64,000 nucleotides of DNA from a plasmid: the sequence record NZ_CP024587.1. One strand, written 5' to 3'. Positions 1-9,644 of the stretch are shown here, piece by piece; positions within the stretch are counted from its first letter, which is position 1, and every line of letters begins with the position of its first letter. A program made the translations under genes and the position numbers. Under the pieces are notes generated by a model. The model was not told where the DNA came from. It worked only from the letters and a program-made list of their open reading frames with translations, and made no database searches.

Positions 1-12
1 TTCGATCGCGAC

Positions 13-888
13 TTGTCCCATACCGCGGCCTACGCGCTCGACACCGAGCAGCTGATGGGGCGCCTCCTCGAGTTGCTCGCCGAATACATGCTCTGCACCA
101 AGGCGCTGATCCTGGCCGAGCGGGCGACCGGCAAGGGCGAGTTCGCCGTCGTCTCGGCGCTCGGCTGTGACGAAGACACCCGACATCTGGTCTTCGAGGT
201 GGGCGAGCCGCCCACCGTTGCGCAGATCCCTGGCGACCATGGAACGCCGGCCAGTATCCGTCAGGCGCTGCTGCCGCTTCTCGATCACCTCGGCGGCGGC
301 CCGATGGTCTGGCAGTACGATGCCGACAGCGGCTATGCGCTGGCCATCCTCGGCGGCAGCGGTCCCGCCGGGCAGATCTTTCGCCAGCAGGGTGCCGAGC
401 TGGGCCATACCGCCCTGACCGGCCTGATCCACGGCCTCTGGCGGATCCGCAGCCTGGAGCGGCAGCCTCCGGTTCGCCCTCCGGCCCCGTCGCCGGTGGC
501 GACGGAGGCGGCCGAGCGCCCGGACCGCAACGAGCGAACAGCGCCCCGGCGCATGGATCCGGCGAAGCCGGTCATCCGCGAGGGCGACATTGCCGAGGGG
601 ATCAGGAAGGGTGGCGGCATCCGGGAGGTGGTGGTGCTGGGGCAGGACGACGGCGAATACCTGGTGCTGGTGCGCCCGAGCTGGGCGGCCGGCTTCCGGC
701 GGGTGACCACCTATCGGGGCCTGTCGGACCGGAGCTTCCGGGACCTGAACCGCCTCGTCACCTTCGTGCGCAAGGCCTGCCGCTTCCCGGGCAGCATCGT
801 CCTGCTCGACATCCATGCCCAGGAAGCCCGGGCACTCCGGCCGGGCGTGCCACACCTGGTCCACAGCAACGAGGCGCATGCCCGATGA
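13..888 (+). CDS. hypothetical protein (may extend upstream of window)
   Basis: Long ORF in the dominant coding frame with no recognisable catalytic motif. An overlapping 404-aa ORF (815..2029) has biased composition and is judged spurious. Confidence 0.35.
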   Translation: MSHTAAYALDTEQLMGRLLELLAEYMLCTKALILAERATGKGEFAVVSALGCDEDTRHLVFEVGEPPTVAQIPGDHGTPASIRQALLPLLDHLGGGPMVWQYDADSGYALAILGGSGPAGQIFRQQGAELGHTALTGLIHGLWRIRSLERQPPVRPPAPSPVATEAAERPDRNERTAPRRMDPAKPVIREGDIAEGIRKGGGIREVVVLGQDDGEYLVLVRPSWAAGFRRVTTYRGLSDRSFRDLNRLVTFVRKACRFPGSIVLLDIHAQEARALRPGVPHLVHSNEAHAR

Positions 889-1517
889 GCGTTGCCACGT
901 CCCCCCAGACTTCTTGGGCCAAGCGGATGGGTTCCGGCCGCCGGGCTTCCCTCGGTCAGCCCGGCCTGTGGCTTCGCCTGCCTGCGGCCCTGTCCTGCTG
1001 CCTGTTGCTGCTCGCGGCCTGCCAGGCGCCTGGACGCACGGTGTCGCCGAGCGTGGGCTCACCGCTCCCCGGCGACACCTCCATCGGCATGGCCGCCGTT
1101 CCGGAGGACGCCCGGACGGCGCGCGCCAGGGTCGGTGTGACCATGATGGTCAACAACACCATCCGCGACTTCACGGCGGCCTACGATCGCCAGGGCATGA
1201 GCGGCGTCATCGCCGCCATCGACCAGTGCTACGTCACCGCGATCTCTCCTCTCCGCACGCCCCAGGACGTCCGGGATTGCCTCGTGCTCGACATGGTGGC
1301 CTTCCGCATCGACAACGCCGCCTCCGGCAACGGCCCGCCCGGCGGACCGCAGCAGATACCCTACTTCCGGAAGGCCGCCGCGGCCCGGCGCTGGGACCGC
1401 TACGCCCCGTTGGGCAACCTTGCCCGCGGCGAGGAGGCCGCCAGCTTCATGACGAATGCCTCCGAGCTCGTCCTGCAGGAGTACAATCGCCGCCGTGCCG
1501 CGCCCCGGGTGAGATGA
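885..1517 (+). CDS. putative lipoprotein
   Basis: N-terminal hydrophobic signal ending in a lipobox-like LLAAC. The start overlaps the previous stop (ATGA-type coupling). Confidence 0.4.
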   Translation: MSVATSPQTSWAKRMGSGRRASLGQPGLWLRLPAALSCCLLLLAACQAPGRTVSPSVGSPLPGDTSIGMAAVPEDARTARARVGVTMMVNNTIRDFTAAYDRQGMSGVIAAIDQCYVTAISPLRTPQDVRDCLVLDMVAFRIDNAASGNGPPGGPQQIPYFRKAAAARRWDRYAPLGNLARGEEAASFMTNASELVLQEYNRRRAAPRVR

Positions 1518-1520
1518 GCC

Positions 1521-1889
1521 ATGCGCCCCCTGCTTCTCGCGGCGGCGCTGCTCGCTGCCTCCCCGGCCTGGGCGCAGCGTCCCATCCCGGACGTCGACAA
1601 CAGCCCGGGCCTGCAATGCTGGGGCATCCGGGGCGGTCCCTCGGCGCAGGTCTTCGTGTTCGCCGCGCCAGACACCATCGCGGAGAAGATAGGCCGCGTC
1701 AGTTCCTGGACCGCCGTCACCGGTCCCGCCCGCAACGCCTTCCTGCCGGTGGAGACCCAGACCGGCGTGCGCGGCTGGGTGATGAAGGAGAGCATCGAGC
1801 GTGGCCGCTGGATCGGCATGAAATGCGTCGCCCGCCGCGACGAGCGCGGCCATGTCTACTTCGTCTACGGCGGCCAGCCGCCGCGCTGA
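1521..1889 (+). CDS. secreted protein with bacterial SH3-like domain (tentative)
   Basis: Cleavable signal peptide MRPLLLAAALLAASPAWAQ followed by a small beta-rich domain (GWV..YVYGG) resembling SH3b. Confidence 0.35.
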   Translation: MRPLLLAAALLAASPAWAQRPIPDVDNSPGLQCWGIRGGPSAQVFVFAAPDTIAEKIGRVSSWTAVTGPARNAFLPVETQTGVRGWVMKESIERGRWIGMKCVARRDERGHVYFVYGGQPPR

Positions 1890-1896
1890 AACACGC

Positions 1897-2796
1897 TCAG
1901 GCCGAGGCGGCGGGGCTGTCCAGGCCGAACAGCCAGGCCCGCCAGGCCAGCCCGGGCTCGCTGTCGGCATCGGTCACCGAGGCAACCGGGAGATGCAAGC
2001 GCCGGCGCTTCACGGTGGCCAGGTCGTAGGGAGCCGCGTAGGCCTCCCGCAGCGCGATGCTCGCCGGCTTGTCCCGGAACACCGACAGCAGTTCGATCTC
2101 TAAACCGGGGAAGCCGAGGCGCCCCTGGTGGTCCAGGTGATCAAGCAGATCCTGCCCGAGCAGGACACCGGGCACGTCCTCCGTCGTCTGCGACATCAGC
2201 GCCAGCGGCTCCCGCGGGTCGGCCGTGTCGATGCAGAGCCAGTCGCCGCCGGCCAACGGCATGACGGGGAAGCCCCGCTCCAGATAGCCGAGCAGGTGGC
2301 GTGTCCTGTCCCGTCCCCTGGGCGTGTCATGCGGGTCCGGGGCGCGCCAATCCCGCAGGCTCCCGTGCCATTCGTGCCAGTTCGAGGCCACCTCGCCCAG
2401 GCTGATGCGGATCTCGCCCCGGTCGGCCAACGGTTCGGAGGTGTTGTATTTCTTGAGATGCAGGCAGAAGCGCGGCGGCGGCTTCAGGTCCAGCATGCTC
2501 AGCACCACTCCCTCCACGTTCCGGATTTCCGTAACCGGCAGCGACCATTCGACGGCCAGGTGGGCGGAGGTGCCCAGGAAGAAACCGCGCAACGTCGCTG
2601 GCAGAGGCCGGCCGATCTGCGCCTCGACGGCCGCTACCTCGGCCTCGCCCGCCGGCGGCGCGCATTCGGCCAGGACGGGCTCGCGCTTCCCGCCCCGGCG
2701 CACCAGGCCTAGCCGGGCCGCAGCCGCCTGGAAGGCATCGAGATCCTTGCGGATGCGCTCCCCCTGTGGCCGGTCCTGGCTGTTCTTGCTTGTCAT
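1897..2796 (-). CDS. hypothetical protein (possible SMI1/KNR4-SUKH-like)
   Basis: The real start is MTSKNSQ at 2796; the 474-aa track ORF over-extends upstream. Weak resemblance to SUKH immunity-type proteins. Confidence 0.3.
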   Translation of the reverse strand: MTSKNSQDRPQGERIRKDLDAFQAAAARLGLVRRGGKREPVLAECAPPAGEAEVAAVEAQIGRPLPATLRGFFLGTSAHLAVEWSLPVTEIRNVEGVVLSMLDLKPPPRFCLHLKKYNTSEPLADRGEIRISLGEVASNWHEWHGSLRDWRAPDPHDTPRGRDRTRHLLGYLERGFPVMPLAGGDWLCIDTADPREPLALMSQTTEDVPGVLLGQDLLDHLDHQGRLGFPGLEIELLSVFRDKPASIALREAYAAPYDLATVKRRRLHLPVASVTDADSEPGLAWRAWLFGLDSPAASA

Positions 2797-3317
2797 CCGG
2801 ACCTCCCGATCTCGCCGCACAGGGTGTACGAACCGCCTGCAAACGTCCAAAGGCGAAGACAGGACCGGTCCCCCAGCTGACCAGACAGAACCCGCTACCT
2901 GTTGAACGGGGGCGAGGCAAGGCAGTAGCGGTTGCCGAAGGGGCCGGAGGCTCGCCATTCGCAGGGCCCAGGTCTCACTCGGAGCGGCATCGACCGTTAG
3001 GAGACCACCATGGCCGGCCCCTCCGGGGCGTCCGACGACGCCTCGTCCTCCGATTCTGCGACCAAACCCCGATGCTCCAGCGCCGGAAGCCGAGGCGCTT
3101 CCGCCAGCATCGGCCCATGAACCGAAGCCGCTTTTCACGCTCTGCCGTGGCACCCACGGAAAGACCCTGTTCACATGCCGGTCAGTGACCGCGCCAGACA
3201 GGCCGGTTACGGTATCTTGGTCGGCCGTGCGGACCGCACCTGTCCCAGCCTCTCGGTCTACATCGAGAATGTCACCGCCCAGCCGAGTGCAGGCACCACT
3301 AAGTACTGTGTCGGAAG

Positions 3318-3752
3318 TCATGCGGGATGTGCTCCGATGATCGAGAGGGCACGTTCAGGTGACTGGTTGAGGCTGTCAAAGAAGGTGCGAGTGGCATCGA
3401 GGAGGGCGTCGATGCTTTCGTAGAGTTCGCAGTGCGTGACCTCCCGGCGGTAGTGCCGGCACAGCATCTCGACCGGGTTCAGCCAGGGACTGTAGGTGGG
3501 AAGGTAGAGCAGGACGAGACGGCCTGCAGCGCCACGCAGCACGGCTTCGACTTCGTCATCCTCGTGGGTGCTGGCGTTGTCCCAGGCGACGGTGACGGTG
3601 CCATGCGGATGGCGCTGCAGAAGGGCCTTCAGCAGTTCGGCGACTTCGCGGCGCCGCTTGTGGCGGCGCGCGATGACGACGGCCTCGCCGGTGCGCCACT
3701 CGACGGCGCCAAGGCCGTAGCGGCGTGTTGGTTGAGCGGGCGTCGGCACCAT
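3318..3752 (-). CDS. IS630 family transposase, C-terminal DDE part (frameshifted relative to N-terminal part)
   Basis: VAWDNASTHEDDEVEAVL..LLYLPTYSPWLNPVEMLCRHYRREV: DDE_3 motifs of IS630 transposases. Confidence 0.7.
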   Translation of the reverse strand: MVPTPAQPTRRYGLGAVEWRTGEAVVIARRHKRRREVAELLKALLQRHPHGTVTVAWDNASTHEDDEVEAVLRGAAGRLVLLYLPTYSPWLNPVEMLCRHYRREVTHCELYESIDALLDATRTFFDSLNQSPERALSIIGAHPA

Positions 3753-3844
3753 GACCTGCCGCCCTCTGGGAGCCCAGAGGGCCCGCAGGGTCGGGAGCCA
3801 ACTGATGTTGAACTCGTCGGCGTAGTAGAAGGCATCGCCCTCGT

Positions 3845-4378
3845 TCAGGCTGCTGCGGGCAGTTTCGAGCGCCCCTTTTTGAGGGCATATTCCGGATCAG
3901 GGCTGGTGATGCTGTGCTGCGGTCGGCTCAGCGCCATGCCGCCTTCACGCAGCAGGCGACAGATGCTCGGCGTGCTCATGCGCACCCCGGTCAATTCCGC
4001 CAAGTGGTCGGCCAGACGCGCCGCCGTCCAGAGCGAGAAGGGCAGACCCAGCGCGCGTGGGCGGGAGCGCGCGATCTGGAGCAGGCGTTCGCGGTACCCC
4101 GACGTAGCCTTGGCGGGTGCACCCGCTCGGGGTGCGTCCGACAACCCCTCCACGCCCTCTGCCTGATAACGGGCGAGCCAGCGACGCACCGTTTCCTCGT
4201 CCTGGCGAACGATCGGCGCGATCTCGGCCGCCACCATCCCCTGCTCGGCCGCGAGCAGGATCATCTGCGCCCGTGTCCGCACCCGCACGTCGTGTGTCCG
4301 GCGGTAGAGTTCGTCCAACTCCTGCAACTGCTCCGCCGATAGCGTGTCCAGGCTGATGGGGCGCATGGCAACCTCCAA
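3845..4378 (-). CDS. IS630 family transposase, N-terminal HTH part
   Basis: MRPISLDTLSAEQLQELDELYRRT..RTRAQMILLAAEQG: winged-helix/HTH region typical of IS630 orfA. Confidence 0.7.
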   Translation of the reverse strand: MEVAMRPISLDTLSAEQLQELDELYRRTHDVRVRTRAQMILLAAEQGMVAAEIAPIVRQDEETVRRWLARYQAEGVEGLSDAPRAGAPAKATSGYRERLLQIARSRPRALGLPFSLWTAARLADHLAELTGVRMSTPSICRLLREGGMALSRPQHSITSPDPEYALKKGRSKLPAAA

Positions 4379-4427
4379 ACCCTCACGCCCTCAACGTCTC
4401 TCATCCCATATTAGGGCCTGTTGACGA

Positions 4428-4724
4428 TCATCGTGAGGCGATGATGGCCGCGGCGAGGTTGATGCTGGCGCGAAAGCTGGTGTCAGTCTTGTCGTAGCGG
4501 GTAGCGATCGCGCGGAACTCCTTGAGCTTGGCGAAGAAGTTCTCGATCAGGTGCCTCCAGCGATAGGCATGGCGGTCAAAGTCGAAGTGGCCTTTGCGGT
4601 TGGCCTTGGGTGGGATCACGGCGATGGCACCCCGGATGTCGAGTTCGGCCCGAAGCCAGTCGGCGTCGAAGGCCCTGTCACCGAGCAGGGCACCGAAGGC
4701 GACGCCCTCAATCAAGGGCGGCAC
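4428..4724 (-). CDS. IS5/IS427-group transposase orfB (C-terminal DDE part, reached by frameshift)
   Basis: AVIPPKANRKGHFDFDRHAYRWRHLIENFFAKLKEFRAIATRYDKTDTSF: IS5-family C-terminal signature. Confidence 0.7.
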   Translation of the reverse strand: MPPLIEGVAFGALLGDRAFDADWLRAELDIRGAIAVIPPKANRKGHFDFDRHAYRWRHLIENFFAKLKEFRAIATRYDKTDTSFRASINLAAAIIASR

Positions 4725-4810
4725 ACCGATCGTGTCGTGGCGCTGACCTGGCAGCAGGACAAAGCGTGCCAGGTTGCCGAGCCCATCGATGAGGGCGACG
4801 ATCTTGGTCG

Positions 4811-5188
4811 TCAGGCCACCACGCGAGCGGCCGATGGCCTGATTTTGAGTCCCCCTTTTGCGCCGCTCGCCTTCTGGTGGGCGGTGACGATGGTGCCGTC
4901 GATCAGGGCGTACTCGAAGTCCGGCTCGTCGGACACGCGTTCGAAGATGCGGTCGAAAACCTCAGCCCGTACCCAACGGCGGAAGCGCTGAAACACGCTG
5001 TTCCACTTTCCAAAGCCCTCCGGCAGGTCGCGCCAAGGCAGGCCCGTGCGCACCCGCCACAGCACCGCCTCGAGGAACAGCCGGTTGTCCTTTGCAGTCA
5101 CGCCGCTGTCTGAGGCTTTGCCAGGTAACAGCGGCGCGATCTTCTCCCAGACCGCATCGCGCACCCCAAACCGATCCTGATCCATCCT
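4811..5188 (-). CDS. IS5/IS427-group transposase orfA
   Basis: MDQDRFGVRDAVWEKIAPLLPGK..LFLEAVLWRVRTGLPWRDLPEGFGKWNSVFQRFRRW: canonical N-terminal half of IS427-group transposases. Confidence 0.7.
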   Translation of the reverse strand, partial: RMDQDRFGVRDAVWEKIAPLLPGKASDSGVTAKDNRLFLEAVLWRVRTGLPWRDLPEGFGKWNSVFQRFRRWVRAEVFDRIFERVSDEPDFEYALIDGTIVTAHQKASGAKGGLKIRPSAARVVA

Positions 5189-5259
5189 GCCGCCGCCCCC
5201 CAAAGGCGGAGTTGAATCACAGCTGAGCGGCAACAGGAATCCTGAATGTCAACGGACCC

Positions 5260-5900
5260 TAGTTCCGATACCGTACTTAGCCGCTGCATCTCATCGTGAA
5301 CAGCACGGGGTTGAAGGTGCTGGGCGAAGGGGAGTGGAAGGTCAGTGTAGGCGCCGAGAGGACACTGGAGCGGGGTGGTTCTGGGGAGCATGCCGAGACT
5401 GCTGGCGAACCGCAGGGTCTCGCGGGCAAAGTAGCAGCTGCCGTTGTCGCTGAGCCACTCGACGGCATTGGGCGGGCAGTCGACGAGGCCGAACCTGCGC
5501 TCGACGGCCTCGACCATCATGTCCCTGACGCGCTCGGAGGTGATACTGCAACACAGGTGATTGCCCCCCGGTCGCAGCAGTCGAGGGTGAACGCCACCCA
5601 GACCCGCTCGCCGTTGTGCGCCAAGCGATCTCGAAGCCGTCCGAGCACCAGCGAGTGTTGCGGGCATCGACGGCCATACGATCGTCGTGGCGGCGCTCCA
5701 CCCCGCCTGCGTGGCGGGTCAGGAGGAGATTGTGGGCCCTCATGACGCGTCAGACGCGTTTGTGGTTTGGAGGTGGCCACCCCTCCAACTCGGCCCTCTG
5801 CCGCAGCAGGGCATGCATCCGTCGGTAGCCGTAGGTCGGCAGTGGGGAAGTCCAAGCCGCATAACTCTCATCACAGCTTCTCCATCCCGTGACTTTAAGA
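5260..5900 (-). pseudogene. IS3-family transposase orfB remnant (several frameshifts; 3' end cut by the IS427-like insertion)
   Basis: Minus-strand translation gives [26 protein letters not shown], then W.SDGFEIAW, WVAFTLDCCDR and LSDNGSCYFA (rve integrase-core motifs) in shifting frames. Confidence 0.6.
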
Positions 5901-5963
5901 TATACAACTCATGCGGGTGCACAATGCTCCTGATTGGGCGGTTGCGGTGGTGAAGGCAGAGTG

Positions 5964-6173
5964 ATGGACCGAGGCGCGGATCCTGGAACGGGCAAGAGGG
6001 ATCTACCGGAAGATCTGGTGGAAAAAGCGGCTAGGATGCTTATCGAGGCGGCAGAGCGCGTCCCCGGAGCCCGCGTGCCTATCATTGCCGCTGAGGAACT
6101 GGCCAGGGAAGCCATTAATGCAGTCAGTCAGGCAGGTTGCCTTCGTATGCCCTATATTCCGGAGCGTGCCTGA
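5964..6173 (+). CDS. small hypothetical protein
   Basis: 70-aa ORF in a lower-GC pocket between IS remnants. It is coupled (TGAcATG) to the next small ORF. Confidence 0.2.
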   Translation: MDRGADPGTGKRDLPEDLVEKAARMLIEAAERVPGARVPIIAAEELAREAINAVSQAGCLRMPYIPERA

Positions 6174-6174
6174 C

Positions 6175-6408
6175 ATGGCGGGTCGCGATTGCATCGGCCA
6201 TAGCGATGCGGATCCGGCGTCCGTGCTACTGGACTGCCACGAACCCCGGGATCTACTAGACTTCCAGGTCCGCAGCCGGGCCGGGCGCGACGAACTGCTG
6301 ATGATCTGGGACAGCCTGAGCCCGCAAGGACGACGGCCTGTGATCATCGCTGCCCGGCTGACAGCGCACGAGGAAGGGTTGCTGCCGGGTAAGCATTTGC
6401 TGCGCTAG
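6175..6408 (+). CDS. small hypothetical protein
   Basis: 78-aa ORF immediately downstream of the previous one. Possible two-gene module (TA-like?), unsupported. Confidence 0.2.
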   Translation: MAGRDCIGHSDADPASVLLDCHEPRDLLDFQVRSRAGRDELLMIWDSLSPQGRRPVIIAARLTAHEEGLLPGKHLLR

Positions 6409-6462
6409 GCCGTGGTGACGAATTACGCGAGCAGGATGGCGATGGCTGCGAGTTGGACGAAG

Positions 6463-7331
6463 TGAACTGCCCTGGGTTTGTCGGAGGCCCCAGACCTTGA
6501 GAGGATGGAGCCATGACGACGAAGGGCAAGACAGCAGCGAGCTACTCGCCGGAGGTGCGGGAGAGGGCGGTCCGCCTCGTGCTGGAGGGCGGCGGCGACC
6601 ACCCGACGCAATGGGCGGCGATCAACTCGGTGGCCGCCAAGATCGGGTGCACCGCCGAGACGCTGCGCAAGTGGGTGCGCCAGGCCGAACGTGACGCAGG
6701 GGGGGCGGCCCGGGCCGACGAGCGCTGAGCGAGAACGGATCAAGGCCTTGGAGCGCGAGAACCGCGAACTGCGCCAAGCCAATGAGATCCTGCGCAAGGC
6801 ATCGGCGTATTTCGCTCAGGCGGAGTTCGACCGCCGGTTCAGGACATGATTGCCTTCATCGACGATCACCGCGAGGTCTACGGGGTCGAGCCGATCTGCC
6901 GGGTTCTGCCGATTGCCCCGTCCACCTACCACGCGCACGTCGCACAGCGGGCCGACCCTTCCAGGGTGTCAGCACGCAGCGTGCGGGACGCGCAGACCTG
7001 CGCTGCGATCCGGCGCGTGCACGAGGCAAACTTCGGGGTCTATGGCGCCCGCAAGGTCTGGCGGCAGCTTGGACGCGAGGGCATCGCGGTCGCCCGCTGC
7101 ACGATGGAGCGGCTGATGCGGGACATGGGGCTGCGGGGCGTCGTACGCGGCCGGGAGACCAGGACCACCGTCTCGAACCCGGCGACGCCATGCCCGGCGG
7201 ACCTGGTGAAGCGGCAGTTCCGGGCACCGGTGCCGAACGTGCTGTGGGTCTCGGATTTCACATAGATACTGTCGGCGAATTGCGGAGCGATACGATCTGG
7301 CGGGTGGTAGGCGGTGCTCTCCTTCGTGGTG
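6463..7331 (+). mobile_element. IS3-family element, 3'-truncated by ISL3 insertion
   Basis: Left terminus TGAACTGCCCTGGG is a typical IS3 IR start. orfA has an HTH and a leucine zipper (..RERIKALERENRELRQANEILRKASAYF), and its N-terminal HTH segment is frame-shifted relative to the zipper. orfB, at the expected -1 frame and coupled by ATGA at 6846, ends abruptly at WVSDFT (7265) where ISL3 copy A1 starts. Confidence 0.7.
6513..7265 (+). pseudogene. IS3-family transposase orfAB (orfA 6513..6849 with internal frameshift near 6725; orfB 6846..7265 truncated)
   Basis: orfA motif MTTKGKTAASYSPEVRERAVRLV..; orfB N-terminus MIAFIDDHREVYGVEPICRVL..WVSDFT. Confidence 0.65.
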
Positions 7332-9116
7332 TAGACGCCGCCTGAATCGTGGTTCTCCCGCATTTCCCGTGCTGTCGTTTTGTCATGCAGCGTTCAGCAC
7401 GCGGTTGCGGAGCAGATCGAACCCGGCACGGCCATACATGCTCCGCTTGATCAGCTTGAGCCGGTTGATCTGCCCTTCGACGGGGCTCGTGGTCCAGGGC
7501 AAGTCAAGTGCGGCCTGCACGGCATCGATGTCGCGGCACAGGTTGGCGGCATAGGATGCGAGTTCGGTCTTCTCCGCCGCGGCGAGCACCTCCGCGAGCG
7601 TCTCGCCTCCCTTGCGGCGCAGCACCTGGCGCAGCCGTCTTGCGACCGCGATCGCGGCGGCCAATCCGGGCGCTTCGGCCAGCATCCGCGCGGCAAACTG
7701 TCGCTCGGTCTCCTTTAGCGTGTTGCTGTCCGCCATCAGAATGCGCGCGACGCTGCGGCCCGAGGGCACCGGCCATGCCGGTGCCATTCGTGTGGGACGG
7801 GGCGCGGTCGGCGCTGGCTCGGTGCCACGGCGCCGGGTGGTCCAGGCGCGGACGGTGCCGGGCCGCCCAGCGAAACCCTGCGCAACCAGTTCGCGCCAGA
7901 GCTGGGCTGCGTTGCGGCAGCCCTCGGCCCAACGCCGGTCCAGCACGTCTGCAAAGGCCGCGAGGGTGCTGGTGCGCGGCCGCTGCTTCCAGGATGGGGC
8001 GTGCCCGAGGCGGAGCCAGCGGCGGACCGTCTTGCGCTCGGCCCCGAGGCGGGCGGCGATGCGGCTGATCGAAACCCCTTTGGCGCGCAGCCCTGCGGCT
8101 TCCTCGTAGCGCGCCTGCCTGCGGGCCAATGAGGCCTGGCTCGCCCGTGCCGCAGCGTTCGGCGGACGCGGTGGGGCGGGCGGCATCGGCTCGGCTGCAA
8201 TAGCGGCCGCCACCGTGTCCGCGATAAGCCGTCCCGCACGGCGCACGGCAGCAGCGTGCCGGTCGACAAGCGCGGGCACGGCATCACCGAGGTTGCGCAG
8301 CAAATGCCATCGATCCGCGACCTGGACCGCAGCAGGAGCACCCTGCCGGATCCCGTCCGCGTAGGCGCCGGCGCGATCACGCGCGACAACTTCGACGCCA
8401 GGATGGCGGCGCAGCCAGGTCGCGAGTGTTTCAGCTTGGCGATCGCGCAGCAGATCGACCACGGCGTTGCGCTCCAGGTCGACCAGCATCGTGCCGTAGC
8501 GGTGCCCCCGACGCCAGGACCAGTCATCCACACCGAGCACGCGCGGGGCTGGTAGTGGGTCATCGCGGCACGCAGCCGCACGCACAACACGCAGCAGCGT
8601 ATCGGCGCTGGTCGGCATGGCGAGCCTGTACGCCAGCCGCGCCCCGGCCTCTCCGCCGAGCGCGAGGCCGAGGCAGCGCTGCACCCCGCCCAGCCGTTCG
8701 GTCCGGCGCGCCGCAGCCGGTGCCACCTCGGCCAGGCGCTCGGCGAAGGTCTGGCGGGCGCAGGCCGAGTTGAGGCAGCGAAATCGCCGCGCGTGGACCG
8801 CCAGTGTCACCGGACGACCCTGCCAAGGCAGGTCGGCAAGGGTTCGACCGTAGCGGCTGTGCACGCGCCGCGAAGCCACGCCGCAGTCGGGACAGGCAGC
8901 GGCGTTCTGGCGCGGGCTCGCCTTGATGGTGATGTGCTCAGAGGTGGGCAGGACCTGCTGAACCAACAGTCCCGCCGGGATCAGGGGCAGGAGGCGCTTG
9001 GGCAAGGGAGACTTTCAAAGGAGGGCAGTGTTCCTCCTATGTGCTCATCCCGACCCAGAACGCCTACCCAGCAGCACGGGAAATGCGGGAGAACCACGAT
9101 TCAGGCGGCGTTGACA
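7332..9116 (-). mobile_element. ISL3-family insertion sequence, variant A, copy 1 (1785 bp)
   Basis: 39-bp perfect inverted repeats, GCCGCCTGAATCGTGGTTCTCCCGCATTTCCCGTGCTG at 7337-7375 and its reverse complement at 9072-9110, plus short divergent terminal hexamers. Identical in sequence to copy 2 at 30038..31822. No flanking direct repeat. Confidence 0.85.
7383..9005 (-). CDS. ISL3 family transposase (540 aa)
   Basis: N-terminal zinc finger (CPDCG..RRFRC) and C-terminal signature TTSPVEGQINRLKLIKRSMYGRAGFDLLRNRVL. The protein is 100% identical to ORF 30091..31713. Confidence 0.9.
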   Translation of the reverse strand: MPKRLLPLIPAGLLVQQVLPTSEHITIKASPRQNAAACPDCGVASRRVHSRYGRTLADLPWQGRPVTLAVHARRFRCLNSACARQTFAERLAEVAPAAARRTERLGGVQRCLGLALGGEAGARLAYRLAMPTSADTLLRVVRAAACRDDPLPAPRVLGVDDWSWRRGHRYGTMLVDLERNAVVDLLRDRQAETLATWLRRHPGVEVVARDRAGAYADGIRQGAPAAVQVADRWHLLRNLGDAVPALVDRHAAAVRRAGRLIADTVAAAIAAEPMPPAPPRPPNAAARASQASLARRQARYEEAAGLRAKGVSISRIAARLGAERKTVRRWLRLGHAPSWKQRPRTSTLAAFADVLDRRWAEGCRNAAQLWRELVAQGFAGRPGTVRAWTTRRRGTEPAPTAPRPTRMAPAWPVPSGRSVARILMADSNTLKETERQFAARMLAEAPGLAAAIAVARRLRQVLRRKGGETLAEVLAAAEKTELASYAANLCRDIDAVQAALDLPWTTSPVEGQINRLKLIKRSMYGRAGFDLLRNRVLNAA

Positions 9117-9480
9117 TCGATGTCCGGGCGGACGGGTACGTGCCGGCGAAGGTGGCGGCGCGGCACCTTGGCATCACCTTGGGCGCCATTCGCGTCTGGG
9201 CTCATCGTGGCGTCCTCGCCTGCGATCAGAGCAGCCAAGCATCCAAGCTCTGGATCAGGCTCGATCCCGGCGACCTCGAGCGGCTCGGCGGACAGGCGGA
9301 CACCACCGGGATGGAACGGGCGCGCGACATCGCCGAACGGAGCGGCAGTTCGATTGCCGCGGTCTGGGAGCGCGTCCGTCGAAAGGAGTTCTCAGCCTAC
9401 CGGATCCAGAGAGGCCACAACCAGTGGGATTGGCAGCTCTCTGCCCAGATGCCAGCCTCGGCCCCACCACCCAGCCGCCA
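9117..9480 (+). other. fragment encoding an excisionase/MerR-like HTH segment (no clear start)
   Basis: YVPAKVAARHLGITLGAIRVWAHRGVLA resembles Xis/MerR-type HTH. Lies directly after the ISL3 terminus and is probably a gene remnant. Confidence 0.25.
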
Positions 9481-9644
9481 TTCGTCCTCAGCAGAAAGAA
9501 CCACAGCACAATGAACACGTCTCGGACGATGGTGGCGCACGCTGGGCCGCCATCGCATCGCTCGTGGAAACCTGCAAGCTGAACGGCGTCGACCCGCAGC
9601 GCTACATCACCGACATGCTGACCCGCCTCGTCAACGGCTGGAGC
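9481..9644 (+). pseudogene. IS66-family TnpC C-terminal fragment
   Basis: ..AAIASLVETCKLNGVDPQRYITDMLTRLVNGW matches the conserved C-terminus of IS66 TnpC. Only ~50 codons are present. Confidence 0.45.

Larger units (their letters stand above)
3270..4413 (-). mobile_element. IS630-family insertion sequence #1 (boundaries approximate)
   Basis: Two consecutive ORFs encode the HTH N-terminal half and the DDE C-terminal half of an IS630/Tc1-mariner transposase, separated by a frameshift. The element abuts the IS427-like element at 4414. Confidence 0.6.
4414..5259 (-). mobile_element. IS5-family (IS427 group) insertion sequence
   Basis: Imperfect terminal IRs GGGCCTGTTGAC (4414-) and GTCAACGGACCC (-5259). 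Flanking YTAG (ttag/ctag) suggests the target duplication typical of this group. orfA and orfB are separated by a frameshift. Confidence 0.65.

Noticed and set aside
815-2029. 404-aa + strand ORF and the overlapping 303-aa minus ORF 1059..1970 (Arg/Pro/Gly-rich)
   Set aside because: Low-complexity, GC-driven frames overlapping better-supported genes (lipoprotein, SH3-like). No motifs.
1897-3321. 474-aa minus-strand ORF
   Set aside because: Only the downstream 300 codons (start at 2796) look like a real protein. The upstream part is Gly/Arg-rich read-through.
7040-7363. ORFs containing the recurring peptide 'MRENHDSGGV' (also 9041.., 26873.., 29862.., 42261..)
   Set aside because: This peptide is just the translation of the ISL3 39-bp inverted repeat. 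The ORFs run out of IS ends into flanking DNA and are not genes.
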